From positions 248,001 through 312,000 of the forward strand of contig NC_086097.1 in assembly GCF_963921235.1 (NCBI RefSeq): DNA of 64,000 bases, written 5' to 3'. The DNA comes from Mobula hypostoma (taxonomy: Eukaryota). A program made the position numbers and the translations under genes. Shown here piece by piece: positions 1-12,844 of the stretch. Positions within the stretch are counted from its first letter, which is position 1. The number at the start of each line of letters is the position of its first letter. The notes under the pieces are model-generated. The model saw only the letters and a list, made by a program, of their open reading frames with translations, was not told where the DNA came from and searched no databases.

Positions 1-235
1 CTGTGCTTTCATGTCCAATTTCCATGAAATCAGAATTGTCCACGGCCCTTATTTAACAGATACGATATCATTTTTCACCGGAGGGCTGCGCACACGCAGG
101 CGCGCCGCTGCCTTCTCCTCCCACTAACATGTATTTCCCTCAGTTCCTCCATCTCACTGGACCCTCGGTCCCCTACTATTTCCGGAAGATTATTTATGTC
201 CTCCTTAGTGAAGACAGAACCAAAGTAGTTATTCA

Positions 236-1029
236 TTCAGGCCCACCATTCAGGGCCCCAAACCGTCCTTCCAGGTGAGGCATCACTTCACCTGTGAGTC
301 GACTGGGGTGATATGCTGCGTCCGGTGCTCCCGATGTGGCCTTTTGTATGTTGGTGGGACCTGACGCAGACTGGGAGACCGCTTTGCTGGGCATCTGTGT
401 TCTGTCCACCAGAGAGGGCAGGATCTCCCAGTGGCCACACATTTTGGTTCCACATCCCATTCCCATTCTGACATGTCTGTCCACGGCCTCCTCTACTGTA
501 GAGATGAAGCCACACTCAGGTTGGAGGAACAACACCTTATATTCCGTATGGGTAGCCTCCAACCTGATGGCATGAACATTGACTTCTCTGGCTTCCGCTG
601 GGCCCCACCTCCCCCTCGTACCCCATCTGTTACTCTTTTTTATGCACACATTCTTTCTCTCACCCTCCTTTTTCTCCCTCTGTCCCTCTGAGTATACCTC
701 TTGCCCATCCTCTGGGTCACCCCCCCCCCGTCTTTCTTCCCGGACCTCCTGTCCCATGATCCTCTCGTATCCCCTTCTGCCTATCACCTGTCCAGCTCTC
801 GGCTCCATCCCTCCCCCTCCTGTCTTCTCCTATCATTTTGCATCTCCCCCTCCCCCTCCAGCTTTCAAATCCCTTACTCACTCTTCCTTCAGTTAGTCCT
901 GACGAAGGGTCTCGGCCTGAAACGTCGACTGTGCCTCTTCCTATAGATGCTGCCTGGTCTGCTGCGTTCACCAGCAACTTTGATGTGTGTTGCTTGAATT
1001 TCCAGCATCTGCAGAATTCCTGTTGTTTG
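236..1029 (+). mobile_element. Penelope-like element, 5'-truncated: GIY-YIG endonuclease remnant plus 3' (pLTR) region, inserted into a CR1
   Basis: Encodes HFTCESTGVICCVRCSRCGLLYVG... (GIY-YIG region with frameshifts). Perfect 15-bp TSD caaagtagttattca at 221-235 and 1030-1044. Near-identical to 32261-33010 on the opposite strand. Confidence 0.88.
894..931 (+). ncRNA. Minimal type I hammerhead ribozyme motif in the PLE 3' region, core intact
   Basis: tagtc CTGACGA agggtctcggcct GAAA cg TC gactg: helix I agtc/gact, conserved CUGAnGA and GAAA boxes, short helix II, palindromic ACGU in place of helix III, predicted cleavage after GUC (926). Confidence 0.75.
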
Positions 1030-1384
1030 CAAAGTAGTTATTCAATTGGTCTACCATGTCCTTGTTCCCCATGATCAATTCACCTGTTTCTGACTGTAAG
1101 GGACCTACATTTGTCTTAACCAATCTTTTTCTTTTCACATATCTATAAAAGTTTTTACAATCAGTTTTTATGTACCCTGCCAGCTTTCTCTCATAATCTT
1201 TTTTCCCTTTCCTAATTAAGCCCTTTGTCCTCCTCTGCTGGACTCTGAATTTCTCCCCATGCTCAGGTGTGCCGCTTTTTCTGGCTAATTTGTATGTTTC
1301 TTCTTTGGAATTGATACTGTCCCTAATTTCCCTTGTCAGCCACGGTTTCATAGGAATGCTCTACCTTCGGATAGCGGGGGATAC

Positions 1385-2055
1385 CTGTATAGGACCCTGG
1401 TCAGACCCCACTTGGAGTACTGCGCTCAGTACTGGTTACCTCACTACAGGAAGGATGTGGAAGCCATAGAAAGGGTGCAGAGGAGATTTACAAGGATGTT
1501 GCCTGGATTGGGGAGCATGCCTTATGAGAATAGGTTAAGTGGACTTGGCCTTTTCTCCTTGGAGCGACGGAGGATGAGAGGTGACCGAATAGAGGTATAT
1601 AAGATGATGAGAGGCATTGATCGTGTGGATAGTCAGAGGTTTTTCGCCAGGGCTGAAATGGCACAGTTTTAACGAGTTAGTGAGTCTTGACGAAGGGTCT
1701 CGGCCTGAAACGTCGACTGTACCTCTTCCTAGAGATGCTGCCTGGCCTGCTGCGTTCACCAGTAACTTTGATGTGTGTGGCACAGTTTTAAGGTGCTTGG
1801 AAGTAGGTACAGAGGAGATGTCAGAGGTAAGTTTTTACGCAGAAAGTGGTGAGTGTGTGGAATGGGCTGCCGACGATGGTAGTGGAGGCATATACGGTAG
1901 CGTCTTTTAAGAGTCTCTTAAATAGGTACATGGTGCTTAGAAATATAGAGGGCTATGGGTAACCCTAGGTAATTTCTAAAGAAAGTACATGTTTGCCACA
2001 GCATTGTGGGCTACAAGGTCTGTATTGTGTTGTGGGTTTTCTATGTTTCTATGTC
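1385..2055 (+). mobile_element. CR1 LINE 3' end (ORF2 C-terminus, 3'UTR, tctatgtt tail)
   Basis: [33 protein letters not shown] motif; ends tttctatgtttctatg. Confidence 0.9.
1673..1777 (+). mobile_element. 105-nt stand-alone PLE 3' module with hammerhead motif (core C3 changed to U)
   Basis: agtc TTGACGA agggtctcggcct GAAA cgtc gact; perfect 14-bp TSD tggcacagttttaa at 1659-1672 and 1778-1791. Confidence 0.85.
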
Positions 2056-4015
2056 ATGTGGCACAGGCAGTAATCCCAAGATTACTATCTCTGAGGTCCT
2101 GCTTTTCAACTTCCTTCCTAACTCCCTGTATTCTGTTTTTAGGTCCTTATCCCTTTTCCTACCAATATGTACCACGACCTCTGGCTGTTCACCTTCCCAC
2201 TTCAGGGTATCGTGGACTCACCTTGATGCAACCTTAGTGCAACCTTGATGCAACCTTGGCTGATAAAGGAAGTCAAAACCAACATAAAAGCAAAAGAGAG
2301 GGCACATAACAGAGCAAAATTAGTGGGAAGTTAAGAGGACTGGGATACTTCTAAAAACCAACAGAAGGCAACTAAAAAAGCCATAAGGAGAGAAAAGATG
2401 AAATATGAAGGTAAGGTAGCCAATAATATCATAGAGGACACCAAGAGTTTTTTCAGTATATAAAGTGCAAAAGAGAGGCTGGAGCAAATATCAGATCACT
2501 GGAAAATTATGCTGGAGAGGTAGCAACGGAGGACAAACAAGTATTTACTGTGGAAGACACTAGCAGTGTGCTGGGTGGTCAAGAGTGTCAGAGGGCAGAG
2601 GTGAGTGAAGTTGTTACAAGGGAGAAGGTGCTTGGGAAGCTGGAAGGTCTGAAGATAGATACAGTTGCAAGAAAACATTTGTGGACCCTTTACAATTGCC
2701 TGGTTTTCTGTATTAATTATTCATAAAATGAGGTCTGATCGTCATCTAAGTCACAATAATAGACAAACACAATCTGCCTAAACTAAAAACACAAACAATT
2801 GTACTTCTCGTCAATACAATATACACCATTCAAACAATCACAGCAACACACACAGAATGCTGGAGGAGCTCAGCAGGCCAGACAGCACCTTGGGAAAAAA
2901 GTACAGTCGACGTTTTGGGCCAAAATCAATCACAGTCTAGGTTTAAATAAAGTACGTGAGCCTCTTGGGTAATGCCTTCTACAAAAGCTATTTGGAGTCG
3001 GGTGTTCCAATCAATGAGATGAGATTGGAAGTGTGGGTCATAGAGGTGCCCTGCTGTATAAAAAAAAGACACACAAAGTCAGGTTACTGACAAAGCTTGC
3101 TCTTCTCAAGAGATATCTGTTTGTGTGCACCATGCCTCGACCAAAACAACTTTCAGAGGACTCTAGAAGAAGAATTATAGAGATGCATGTCGCTGGAAAA
3201 AGGCTAAAATAGCCTTTCTAAAAATCTGAGTGTTCATCAGTCCACAGTAAGGTCAATGGAGGAAACTCAGTACTGTTGCTGCTCTCCCAAGGAATGGGTG
3301 TCCTTCAAAGATCACACCAAGAGCACAACACAACATGCAATGTTGAAGGAGGTGAAAAAGAACCCAAGGATAACAGCAAAAGACCTGTGGATATCTCTGG
3401 AACTTGCTGGTCTCTGTTCATGCGTTCACTGTAAGAAAAACACTGAACAAGAATGGTGTTCATGGAAGGACACTACAGAGGAAACCACTGCTCTCCCAAA
3501 AAACTTTGCTATACATCTCAAGTTTGCAAAAGACCACCTGAACATTCCAAACGCTTGAGACAATGTTCTGCGGACAGATGTACATCATAAGTTGAACTTT
3601 TTGGCAGAAATGCACACTGCTATGTTTGGAAAAAAAAAAGGGCACTGCACACCAACACCAAAAATTTCATCCCAACTGTGAAGCATGGTGGAAGGAGCAT
3701 CATGGTTTGGGGCTGTTTTGCTGCCTCCGGACCTGGACAGCTTGCAATCGTTGAGGGAACAATGAATTCAAATTGTATCAAGACATTTTTACAGCAGAAT
3801 GTCGGGGGAGCAGTCCATCACCTGAAGCTTAATAAAAGTTGCATTGTGCAATAAGACAATGATCTGAAACACAAAATTAAATCAACAGAATGGTTTAAAA
3901 AGAAAAAAATTCAAATTTTGGAATGGCCAAAAAGAAAGTCCAGAGCTTGACCCAATTGAGATGCTGTGGAGGGCATCTCAGGAGGGCTGTTTGTGCAAGG
4001 TATCCCAGAAATATT

Positions 4016-6530
4016 ACATAGAAACATAGCAACGAAGGGTTCCGGCCGGAAACGTTGACTGATAGTTTCCACGGATGCTGCTCGACCTGCTGAGTTCCTC
4101 CAGCGTGTTGTGAGTGTTGCTTTGACCCCAGCATCTGCAGAGAATTTTGTGTTTACATAGAAACATAGAAAACCTACAGCACAATCCAGGCCCTTTGGCC
4201 CATAAAGCTGTGCTGAACATGTAGAAATTACCTAGGGTTACCCATAGCCCTCTATTTTTTTAAGCTCCATGTACCTATCCAGGAGTTTCTTAAAAGACCC
4301 CACCTTATCTGCTTCCATCACCGTCGCCAGCAGCCCATTCCATGAACTCACCACTCTCTGCAGAAAAAACTTGCCCTGACATCTCCTCTGTACCTACGTC
4401 CAAGCATCTTAAAACTGTGCCCTCTCATATTAGCCATTTCAGCCCTGGGGAAAAGCCTCTGATTATCCACACGATCAATGCCTCTCATCATCTTATACAC
4501 CTCTGTCATGTCACCTCTCATCCTCCGCTGCTCCAAGGAGAAAAGACTGAGTTCACTCAACCTGTTCTCATAAGGCATGCTCCCCAATCCAAGCAACATC
4601 CTTGTAAATCTCCTCTGCTCCCTTTTCTATCGTTTCCACATCCTTCCTGTAGTGAGGCAACCAGAACTGAGCACAGTAGTCCAAGTGGGGCCTGACCAGG
4701 TTTTATCTAGCTGCAACATTACCTCTTGGCTCCTAAACTCAATCCCACGATTGATGAAGGCCAATGCACCGTTTGCCTTCTTAACTACAGAGTCAACCTG
4801 CGCAGCAGCTTTGAGTGCCCTATGAACTTGGACCCCAAGATCCCTCTGAATCTCCACACTGCCAAGACTTTTACCATTAGCACTATATTCTGCCATCATA
4901 TTTGACCTACCAAAATGAACCACTTCACACTTATCTGGGTTGAACTCCAACTGCCACTTCTCAGCCCAATTTTGCATCCTATCGATGTCCTATAACCTCT
5001 GACAGCCCTCCACACTATCCACAACACCCCCATCCTTTGTGTCATCAGCAAATTTACTAACCCATCCCTCCACTTCCTCATCCAGGTCATACACACCACT
5101 GATTATCGACCTTCATGCAGAAAATGACTCGTCTACAACAGTGGTCCCCGACCATTGGGCCGCGTGGAAACGATATGATTCGGCGATATGAAACGATATG
5201 TGTCAGCTGCACCTTTCCTTATTCCCTGTCATGCACTGTTGAACTTGAACCCCCCCCCCCCCCGTCGGCTGGTCTGCAAGAATATCGTCAATATTAAACT
5301 GGTCCGTGATGCGCAAAGGACCCCTGGTCTACAACCACTCTTTGCCTTCTGTGGGCAAGCTAGATCTGGATCCACGAACAATGTCCCCTTGGATCCTATG
5401 CCTCCTTACTTTCTCAATAAGCCTTGCATGGGATACCTTATCAAATGCCTTGCTGAAATCCATATACACTACATCTACTGCTCTACCTTCATTGATGTGT
5501 TTGGTCACATCCTCAAAGACTTCGGTCAAGCACATAAGGCATGACCTGCCTTTGACGAAGCCATGCTGACTATTCCTAATCATATTAGGCCTCTCCAAAT
5601 GTTCATAAATCCTGCCTCTTTGAATCTTTTCCATCAACTGACCAACCACTGAAGTAAGACTCACTGGTCTATAACTTCCTGGGCTGTCTCTACTCCCTTT
5701 CTTGAACATCCGCAACCCTCCAATCCTCCGGAACCTCTCCTGTCCCCATTGATGATGCAAAGATCATTGCCAGAGGCTCAGCAACCTCCTCCCTCATCTC
5801 CCACAGTAGCCTGGGGTACATCTCAACTGGTCCTGGTAACTTATCCAACTTGATGCTTTCCAAAAGCTCCTGCACATCCTCTTTCTTAATATCTATATGG
5901 TCAAGTTTTTCAGTCCACTGTAAGTCATCCCTACAATTGCCAAGATCCTTCTCCATAGTCAATACTGAAGCAAAGTATTTATTAAGTATCTCCGCATTCT
6001 CCTCTGGCTCCATACACACTTTTCCACTGTCATATTTGATTGGTCCTATTTTCTCATGTTTTATCCTCTTGCTCTTCGCATGCTTGTAGAATGACTTGGG
6101 GTATTCCTTAATCCTGTCCGCCAAAGCCTTCTCATGGCCCCTTCTGGCTCTCCTAATTTAATTCTTAAATTCCTTCCTGCTAGCCTTATAATCCTCGAGA
6201 TCTTTATCATTACCTAGTTTTTGAACCTTTCGTAAGCTCTTCTTTTCTTCTTGACTAGATTTACAACAGCCTTTGTACACCATGGTTCCTGTACCCTTCC
6301 ATCCTTTCCCTGTCTCATTGGAACGTACCTATGCAGAACTCCATGTAAATATACCCTGAACTTTTGCCACATTTCGCTCGTACATTTCCCTGAGAACATC
6401 TGTTTACAATTTATGCTTCCAAGTTCCTGCTTGATAGCCTTATATTTCCCCTTACTACAATTAAACACTTTCCTGACTTGTCTGTTCCTATCCCCCTCCA
6501 AAGCTACGGTAAAGGAGATAGAATTGTGAT
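4016..6530 (-). mobile_element. CR1 LINE, 5'-truncated and degenerate, nested in the Tc1
   Basis: Minus-strand ORFs with YRPVSLTSVVG, QHGFVKGRSC, DFSKAFDKV and WQLEFNPDKC; catagaaa tail at the left end. Confidence 0.92.
5139..5326. mobile_element. hAT (Charlie-like) MITE, 188 bp
   Basis: Termini cagtggtcc / ggacccctg; perfect 8-bp TSD gtctacaa at 5131-5138 and 5327-5334. Confidence 0.85.
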
Positions 6531-7531
6531 ATGTTGATGAACTGAAACAGTTCTGTATGGAGGAATGGTCTAAAATTCTTTCTTGCCATAGTGCAAGTCT
6601 GATCAGCAGCTACAGGAAACATTTGGTGGAGGTTATTATTGCTAAAGGAGGTTCTACCTGTTATTAAATACAAGTGTTCACACACTTTTTCGAGCCTGGA
6701 CTATGAATGATTGAACAATGTGTTCAATAAAAGTCATGAAAAGTACAATTGTTTGTGTGTTATTGGTTTAGGCAGATTATTATTGTGCTTTAGATGTAGA
6801 TCAGACCACATGTTATGAGTAATTAATACAAGCATTTGCAAAGGGTTCTCAAACTTTTTCTTGCAACTGTAAGTCACGTAGACCAGATGGACTACATCCC
6901 AGGGTTCTGAATGAGGTAGCTGAAGAGATTCTGGAAGCATTAGTGATGATCTTTCAACAATCAATTGATTCTGGCATGGTACTGGAGGACTGGAAAATTG
7001 CAAATGTCACTCCACTCTTTCAAGGTACTTGGAGGCACAAGATAAAATAGTCCAAAGTCAGAATGGATTCATTCAAGGGAAATCTTTCCTGACAAATCTG
7101 TTGGAATTCTTTGAGGAAATAACAAGTGAGATAGACAAAGGAGTGTCAATGGATGTTGTTTACTTGGATTTTGGGAAGGCCTTTTGCAAGGTGCTGCACG
7201 AGGCTGCTTAGCAAGATATTACAGGAAAGATATTATCATTGATAGAGCATCCTGATTGGCAGGAAGCGAAGAGTGGGAATAAAGGGAGCCTGTTCTGATT
7301 GGCTGCCAGTGACTGTCAGTGTTCGGCAGGGGTCAGTGTTGGTAACGCTTTTTGCACGTTGTATATCAGTGATTTGGATGATGGAATTGATAGCATTGTG
7401 GCCAAGTTTGTAGACAATATGAAAATCAGTGGAGGGGCAAATAGTGTTGAGGAAGCAGGGAGTCATATGAGGAGAATGGACAAAGAAGTGGCAGGTGGAA
7501 TGCAATGTTGGGATGGGTATGGTTATGCACT

Positions 7532-7779
7532 TTTACGATTTAGCCAAAACCGATTTGTAGAAAAAAACAGGCACATACACATATGTGCACGTACACGTAT
7601 GCGCACACCTGCCCACGCAAGGCTTCACGGTCATGGTAGTGTTTCTCGGGGTAAACACAAGTATAAAGCGGGTGTCTTTTTTTGTAAAAGCAAAAATCCT
7701 CTTTCAGTTAGCGAAAACAGGTACTTTCGTAAAAGCGATATGGCGTAAAGCGAACGTTCGTAAAGCAGGGGAAGCCTGT
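7532..7779. mobile_element. Probable pogo/Tigger-like MITE remnant (one end only)
   Basis: Non-CR1 insert ending cgtaaagcgaacgttcgtaaagcaggggaagcctg, resembling Tigger-type termini. No left TIR or TSD seen. Confidence 0.4.
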
Positions 7780-7925
7780 GTAGCTGTAACATTACCTCTC
7801 GGTTCTTAAACTCAGTCCCACAGTTGATGAAGGCCAATGCACCAGCAGCTTTGAGTGTCTTATGGACTTGGTCCCCAAGATCACTCTGATCCTCCATACT
7901 GCCAAGAGTCCTACCATTAATACTG

Positions 7926-8432
7926 CAAGGGGTGATTGATAAGTTCATGGCCTAAGGTAGAAGGACTCAATTTTTAAAAACCTAGCACATTTATTTTTCA
8001 GCGTAGTCCCCTCCTACATTTACACACTTAATCCAGCGGTCGTGGAGCATACGGATCCCTTCTTTGTAGAAGTCGGTGTCTTGGACCTCCAGAAGTGGTC
8101 CACAGCAGGTGTGATTGATAAGTTCGTAGCCTAAGGAAGAAGGAGATGAGTTATTAACTTCACACTTTCTGCATAAGTTGAACTGCACATGCATGTAACG
8201 AGAGCTGTATAACTCGTCTCCTTCTACCTTAATCACAAACTAATCAATCACCCTTGCTGTGGACCACTTTCTGGAGGTCCAAGATGCCGACTTATACAAA
8301 GAAGGGATCTGTATGCTCCACGACCGCTGGACTAAGTGTGTAAATGTAGGAGGGGACTATTGAAAAATAAATGTGCTTGGTTTCCTAAAATTGACTCCTA
8401 CCTTAAGTCACAAACTTATCAATCACCCCTCG
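7926..8432. mobile_element. Mariner-derived palindromic MITE with an internal second TIR pair
   Basis: TIRs c(a/g)aggggtgattgataagtt / aacttatcaatcacccctcg at a TA site (left copy reads TG). The mariner C-terminus EGIRMLHDRWIKCVNVGGDY is present on both strands. Confidence 0.85.
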
Positions 8433-11400
8433 TATATTCTGCCATCATATTTGATCTACCAAAATGAACCACCTCACTGCCACTTCTGGGTTGAACTCCA
8501 TCTGCTACTTCTCAGCCTGGTTTTGCATCCTGTCAATGTCCCTCTGTACCCTCTGACGGCCCTCCACATTATCCACAACACTCCCAACCTTTGTGTCATC
8601 AACCAAATTTACTAACCCATCCCTCCACTTCATCATCCAGGTCATTTATAAAAATCACGAAGAGAAGGGGTCTGAGAACAGGGCCCAGAACAGATCCCTG
8701 AGGCACACCACTGGTCACTGACCTCCATGCAGAATATGACCTGTCTACAACCACTCTTTGTCTTCTGTGAGCAAGCCAATTCTGGATCCACAAAGCAATG
8801 TCCCCTTGGATCCCATGCCTCCTTCCTTTCTCAATAAGTCTTGCATGGGGTACTTTATCAAATACCCTGCTGAAATTCATATACATTACATCTACTACTC
8901 CACCTTCATCAATATGTTTAGTCATGTCACATTCTCAAAAAATTTAATCAGGCTTGTAAGGCACTACCTGCCTTTGTCAAAGCCATGCTGACTATTCCTA
9001 ATCGTATTATGCCTCTCCAAATGTTCATAAATCCTGCCTCTCAGGATCTTTTCTAACAACTTATCAACCACTGAAGTAAGACTCACTGGTCTATAATTTC
9101 CTTGGCTATCTCTACTCCTTTTCTTGAATAAGGGAACAACATCTGCAACCCTCCAATCCTCCGGAACCTCTCCCATCCCCATTGATGATGCAATCTCATC
9201 CCTCACCTACCATAGTAGCCTGGGGTACATCTCATCCGGTCCTGGAGACTTAGCCAACTTGATGCTTTCCAAGTCTACCTTATTACATTTACTGCGTGCA
9301 GTCAAGTATAGCGCCTTCCGTCCTGTATTCACCATTTTGATTTTGCTCCTGTTACACTTTAAGCCATCCCAGAGACTGCAATTTTGCCCTAACATCTGTC
9401 TGTCCTCCCTCACGGTCTTACTACACACTGCATAGACCTGTATACCAACTACACTATCCTTCGCCCTATCACTCAGTTTCCCATCCCCCTGCCAAATTAA
9501 ACCCTCCCCAACAGCTCTTAACAAACCTGCCTGCAAGAATGTAGGTTCCCCTCGATGTTTCAGCCTGAAATGTCAACTGTACTTTCTTTCCATAGATGTT
9601 GCCTGGCCTGCTGAGTTCCTCCAGCAATTTGTGCATTTTGCTCAGATTTGCAGCATCTGCAGATTTTCTCTTGTTTGTAGATGGAATACAATGTCAGGAA
9701 GTTTATGGTCATGCACTTTGGAAAAAGAAGTGAAACGGTTGACTATTTTCTAAATGGAGAGAAAATACAAAAAACTGAGGCGTAGAGGGACTTGTGAGTC
9801 CTTGTGCAGAATTTCCTAAAGGTTAATTTTCAGGTTGAATCTGTGATGAGTAAGGCACATGAGAAGTTAGCATTAATTTCAAGAGGACTTTAATATAAAA
9901 GCAAGGATGTAATGTAGAGGGTTGATAAAGCACTGTGAGGTCTCACTTGGAGTATTTTGTGAGCAGTTTTGGGCCCCATATCTTAGAAAGGATGTGCTGA
10001 TACTGGTGAGGGTTCAAAGGAGTTCACGAAAATGATTCCAGGATTGAATGGCTTGTCATATGAAGATTGTTTGATGGTTCTGAGTCCATATTTACAAGAA
10101 TTCAGATAAAGGAGGGGTGACTTAATTGAAAACCAACAAAAGGCAACTAAAAAAAACATTGACAAGGTAAAGATGGAATGCAAAAGTCCACTAGCCAGTA
10201 ATATTAAAGATGCTACCAAGCATTTCTTAAGATACATGAAGCGTAAAGGAGAGATGAGAGTGGATATCTGACCATTGGAAAACAATGCTGGAGTGGTAAT
10301 AATGGAGACAAGGAAATGATGGATGAACTGAATAAGTATTTTGCATCAGTCTTCACTGTGGAAGACAATAGCAGTATGGTCAAAGTTCCAGTTGTGAGAG
10401 GTCATGAAGTGTGTGAAGTCACCATTACTAGGGAGAAAGCTTTTAGGAAACTCAAAGGTCTGAAGGTACAAAAGTCACTTGGACCAGATAATGTACAGCC
10501 CAGGGTTCAGAAAGAGGTAGCTGATGAGACTGTGGGGGCATTAGTAATGATTTTTCAAGAATCGCTGGATTCTGGAATGGTTCTGGAAGACTGGAAAATT
10601 GCAAATTTCACACCATTCTTCAAGAACGGAGAGAGGCAGAAGAAAGGAAATTATAGCCTAATTAGACTGAACTGAGTGGTTGGGAAGACGCAGGAGTCGA
10701 TTATTAAGGATGTGGCTTTAGGCGGTAGTTAGTATGGTTTCCTCAAGGAGAGAAAATCTTGCCTGACAAATCTGTTGGACTTAATAACAAGCAGGATAAC
10801 AAAGGAGAATCAGTTGATGTTGTGTACTTGGATTTTCAGAAGGCCTTTGACAAGGTGCCACATATGATGCTGCTTAACAAGGTACGAGCCCATTGTATTA
10901 CAGGAGAGATTCTAGCATAGAGCATAGAACATAGAATAGTACAGCACCGTACAGGCCCTTCGGCCCACAATGTTGTGCTGACCCTCAAACCCTGCCTCCC
11001 ATATAAGCCCCCACCTTAAATTCCTCCATATACCTGTCTAGTAGTCTCTTAAACTTCACTAGTGTATCTACCTCCACCACTGACTCAGGCAGTGCATTCC
11101 ACGCACCAACCACTCTCTGAGTAAAAAACCTTCCTCTAATATCCCCCTTGAACTTCCCACCCCTTACCTTAAAGCCATGTCCTCTTGTATTGAGCAGTGG
11201 TGCCCTGGGGAAGAGGCGCTGGCTATCCACTCTATCTATTCCTCTTATTATCTTGTACACCTCTATCATGTCTCCTCTCATCCTCCTTCTCTCCAAAGAG
11301 TAAAGCCCTAGCTCCCTTAATCTCTGGCTATTTTACAGATTCAGTCTGTAGTGAGGAAGGCAAATGCAGTGTTAGCATTAATTTCAAGAGGATTAGAATA

Positions 11401-12685
11401 TGAAAGCTAGGATGTAATGTTAAAACTTTATAGAGCACTGGTGAGACCTCACTTGGAATATTGTGAGCTGGTTTGGACCCTTAGAAAGAATGTTCTGAAA
11501 CTAGAAAGGGTTCAAAGGAGGTTCACGAAAATGATTTCAGGATTGAATGGCTTGTCATATGAACAGCGTCTGATGGCTCTGGGCCTGTATTGATTAGAAT
11601 TCAGAAAATTGAGGGATAATCTGATTGAAACCTATCGAATGGTGAAAGACTTTGATGGAGTGGATGTGCAGAGGATGTTTCCTATGGCGCGAGAGTCTAA
11701 AACCAGAGACACATCCTCGGGAAGTGAAGCATCCTTTTACTATGAAGACGAGGAGGAATTTCGTTAGCCAGAGGGTGGTGAATCTATGGAATTCATTGCC
11801 ACAGGTAGTTGTGAAAGTCAAGTCTTTATGATTATTTAAGGCAGAGGTTGATAGATTCTTGATTGGTCAGTTCATGAAGGGATGTGAGGAGAAGGCAGGA
11901 TATTGGGGCTGAGAGGAATAACGGATCAGCCATGATGATATGGTGGAATAGATTCGATTGGCCAAATTGTCTAATTCTGCTCCTATTATGGTTTAATTTT
12001 TTTGCCCTGATGATATCTTGACAAAGTAGCAAAGGAGTGGTAATGCAGGCTTGAGGGGCCTGTTGGGCTGTTCCTGCTCAAATAGTATTCTTACTGCCCT
12101 GAGCACCTGGGGCTGTCACCTTAAAGGATCTGTTTACGTGTACACAAAGATTCTCTGTACCTCAGTATTCCTTAAGATCCAAAAATTCTCTAATTTTTGC
12201 TTCATTGGACTTCTCAAAATGCTTCTTTCACACTGAGAATTAAATTTCATTGACATGCTCTGCCCATTTTAACTCATTAATTATCTAACATTGCCTACTT
12301 CATTATCAATTTTTAGCCACCTCCGGAATTATTAGTATTTATTAACATTTAAAATATAAAAAATAGGAGTCTTAGTGTTCCTACAGAAAGATTGTGGAAT
12401 GTTGACTGATTGAAAGCACTGTCTTTAGGTCATAAGATACAGGAGCAGAATAGGCCATTCGGCCCATTGATACACATCTTTACATTGATACACATCTTTA
12501 TCATTTCCACATTTCCCATTATAAGCCTCTACTTTTCTGTTTCGCCTTTTATTTTACTGGCTGTTTATTTTGCATCATTTAACTATGCATGGTTGTGGAG
12601 CCTGTGATGTATGCTTGTAAGGAGTCTGGTTGAGAAAGTAGCATTTTTGAAATCCAGCATCATGAATATTTGTTCCTCTTCACAG

Positions 12686-12770
12686 TTGGGATGAAACCCA
12701 CTTTGGAAAAATGGGAAGTTATTATATCAACCAGACATTTTTCTTTGATGTTCATCCTCCACTAGGCAAG
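12686..12770 (+). CDS. POMT2: POMT2 internal coding exon (equivalent to human exon 2), 85 nt: (C)[28 protein letters not shown]
   Basis: Acceptor ttcctcttcacag and donor AAG|gtatga. The translation matches the PMT-family loop-1 motifs ([12 protein letters not shown]) as I recall the human POMT2 sequence. Phase 0 end joins the next exon. Confidence 0.96.
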
Positions 12771-12844
12771 GTATGAATTCCTGCATAAAGAATTAAAAAA
12801 AAGATAATGAGGATTGCCAAGGGATGAGATAGAGCAGTAGAGGA

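Larger units (their letters stand above)
2662..6869 (+). mobile_element. Tc1-family DNA transposon (degenerate transposase at ~3130-4015 and ~6530-6670), interrupted by a CR1 and short elements
   Basis: TIRs cagttgcaagaaaa / ttttcttgcaactg flanked by TA (2660-2661, 6870-6871). Motifs VKKNPRITAKDL, TVKHGGRSIMVWGCF, QDND, SPELDPIEMLW. The flanking CR1 reads through the TA (gaagatagata|agtcac). Confidence 0.92.
6870..12000. mobile_element. Mosaic of degenerate CR1 fragments on both strands (+ 6870-7530 and 9680-12000; - 7780-9550 and 10915-11325)
   Basis: CR1 RT motifs throughout the ORF track ([33 protein letters not shown]). Boundaries approximate. Confidence 0.85.

Noticed and set aside
45..120. 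CpG-rich stretch as a possible POMT2 promoter or exon 1
   Set aside because: It resembles the reverse complement of the element head at 19150-19220 and shows no POMT2 N-terminal coding sequence.
233..808. 191-aa minus-strand ORF and similar ORFs at 32277-32666, 57652-58275 and 23586-24041
   Set aside because: Antisense or alternative-frame shadows of PLE and CR1 sequence with no independent protein features.
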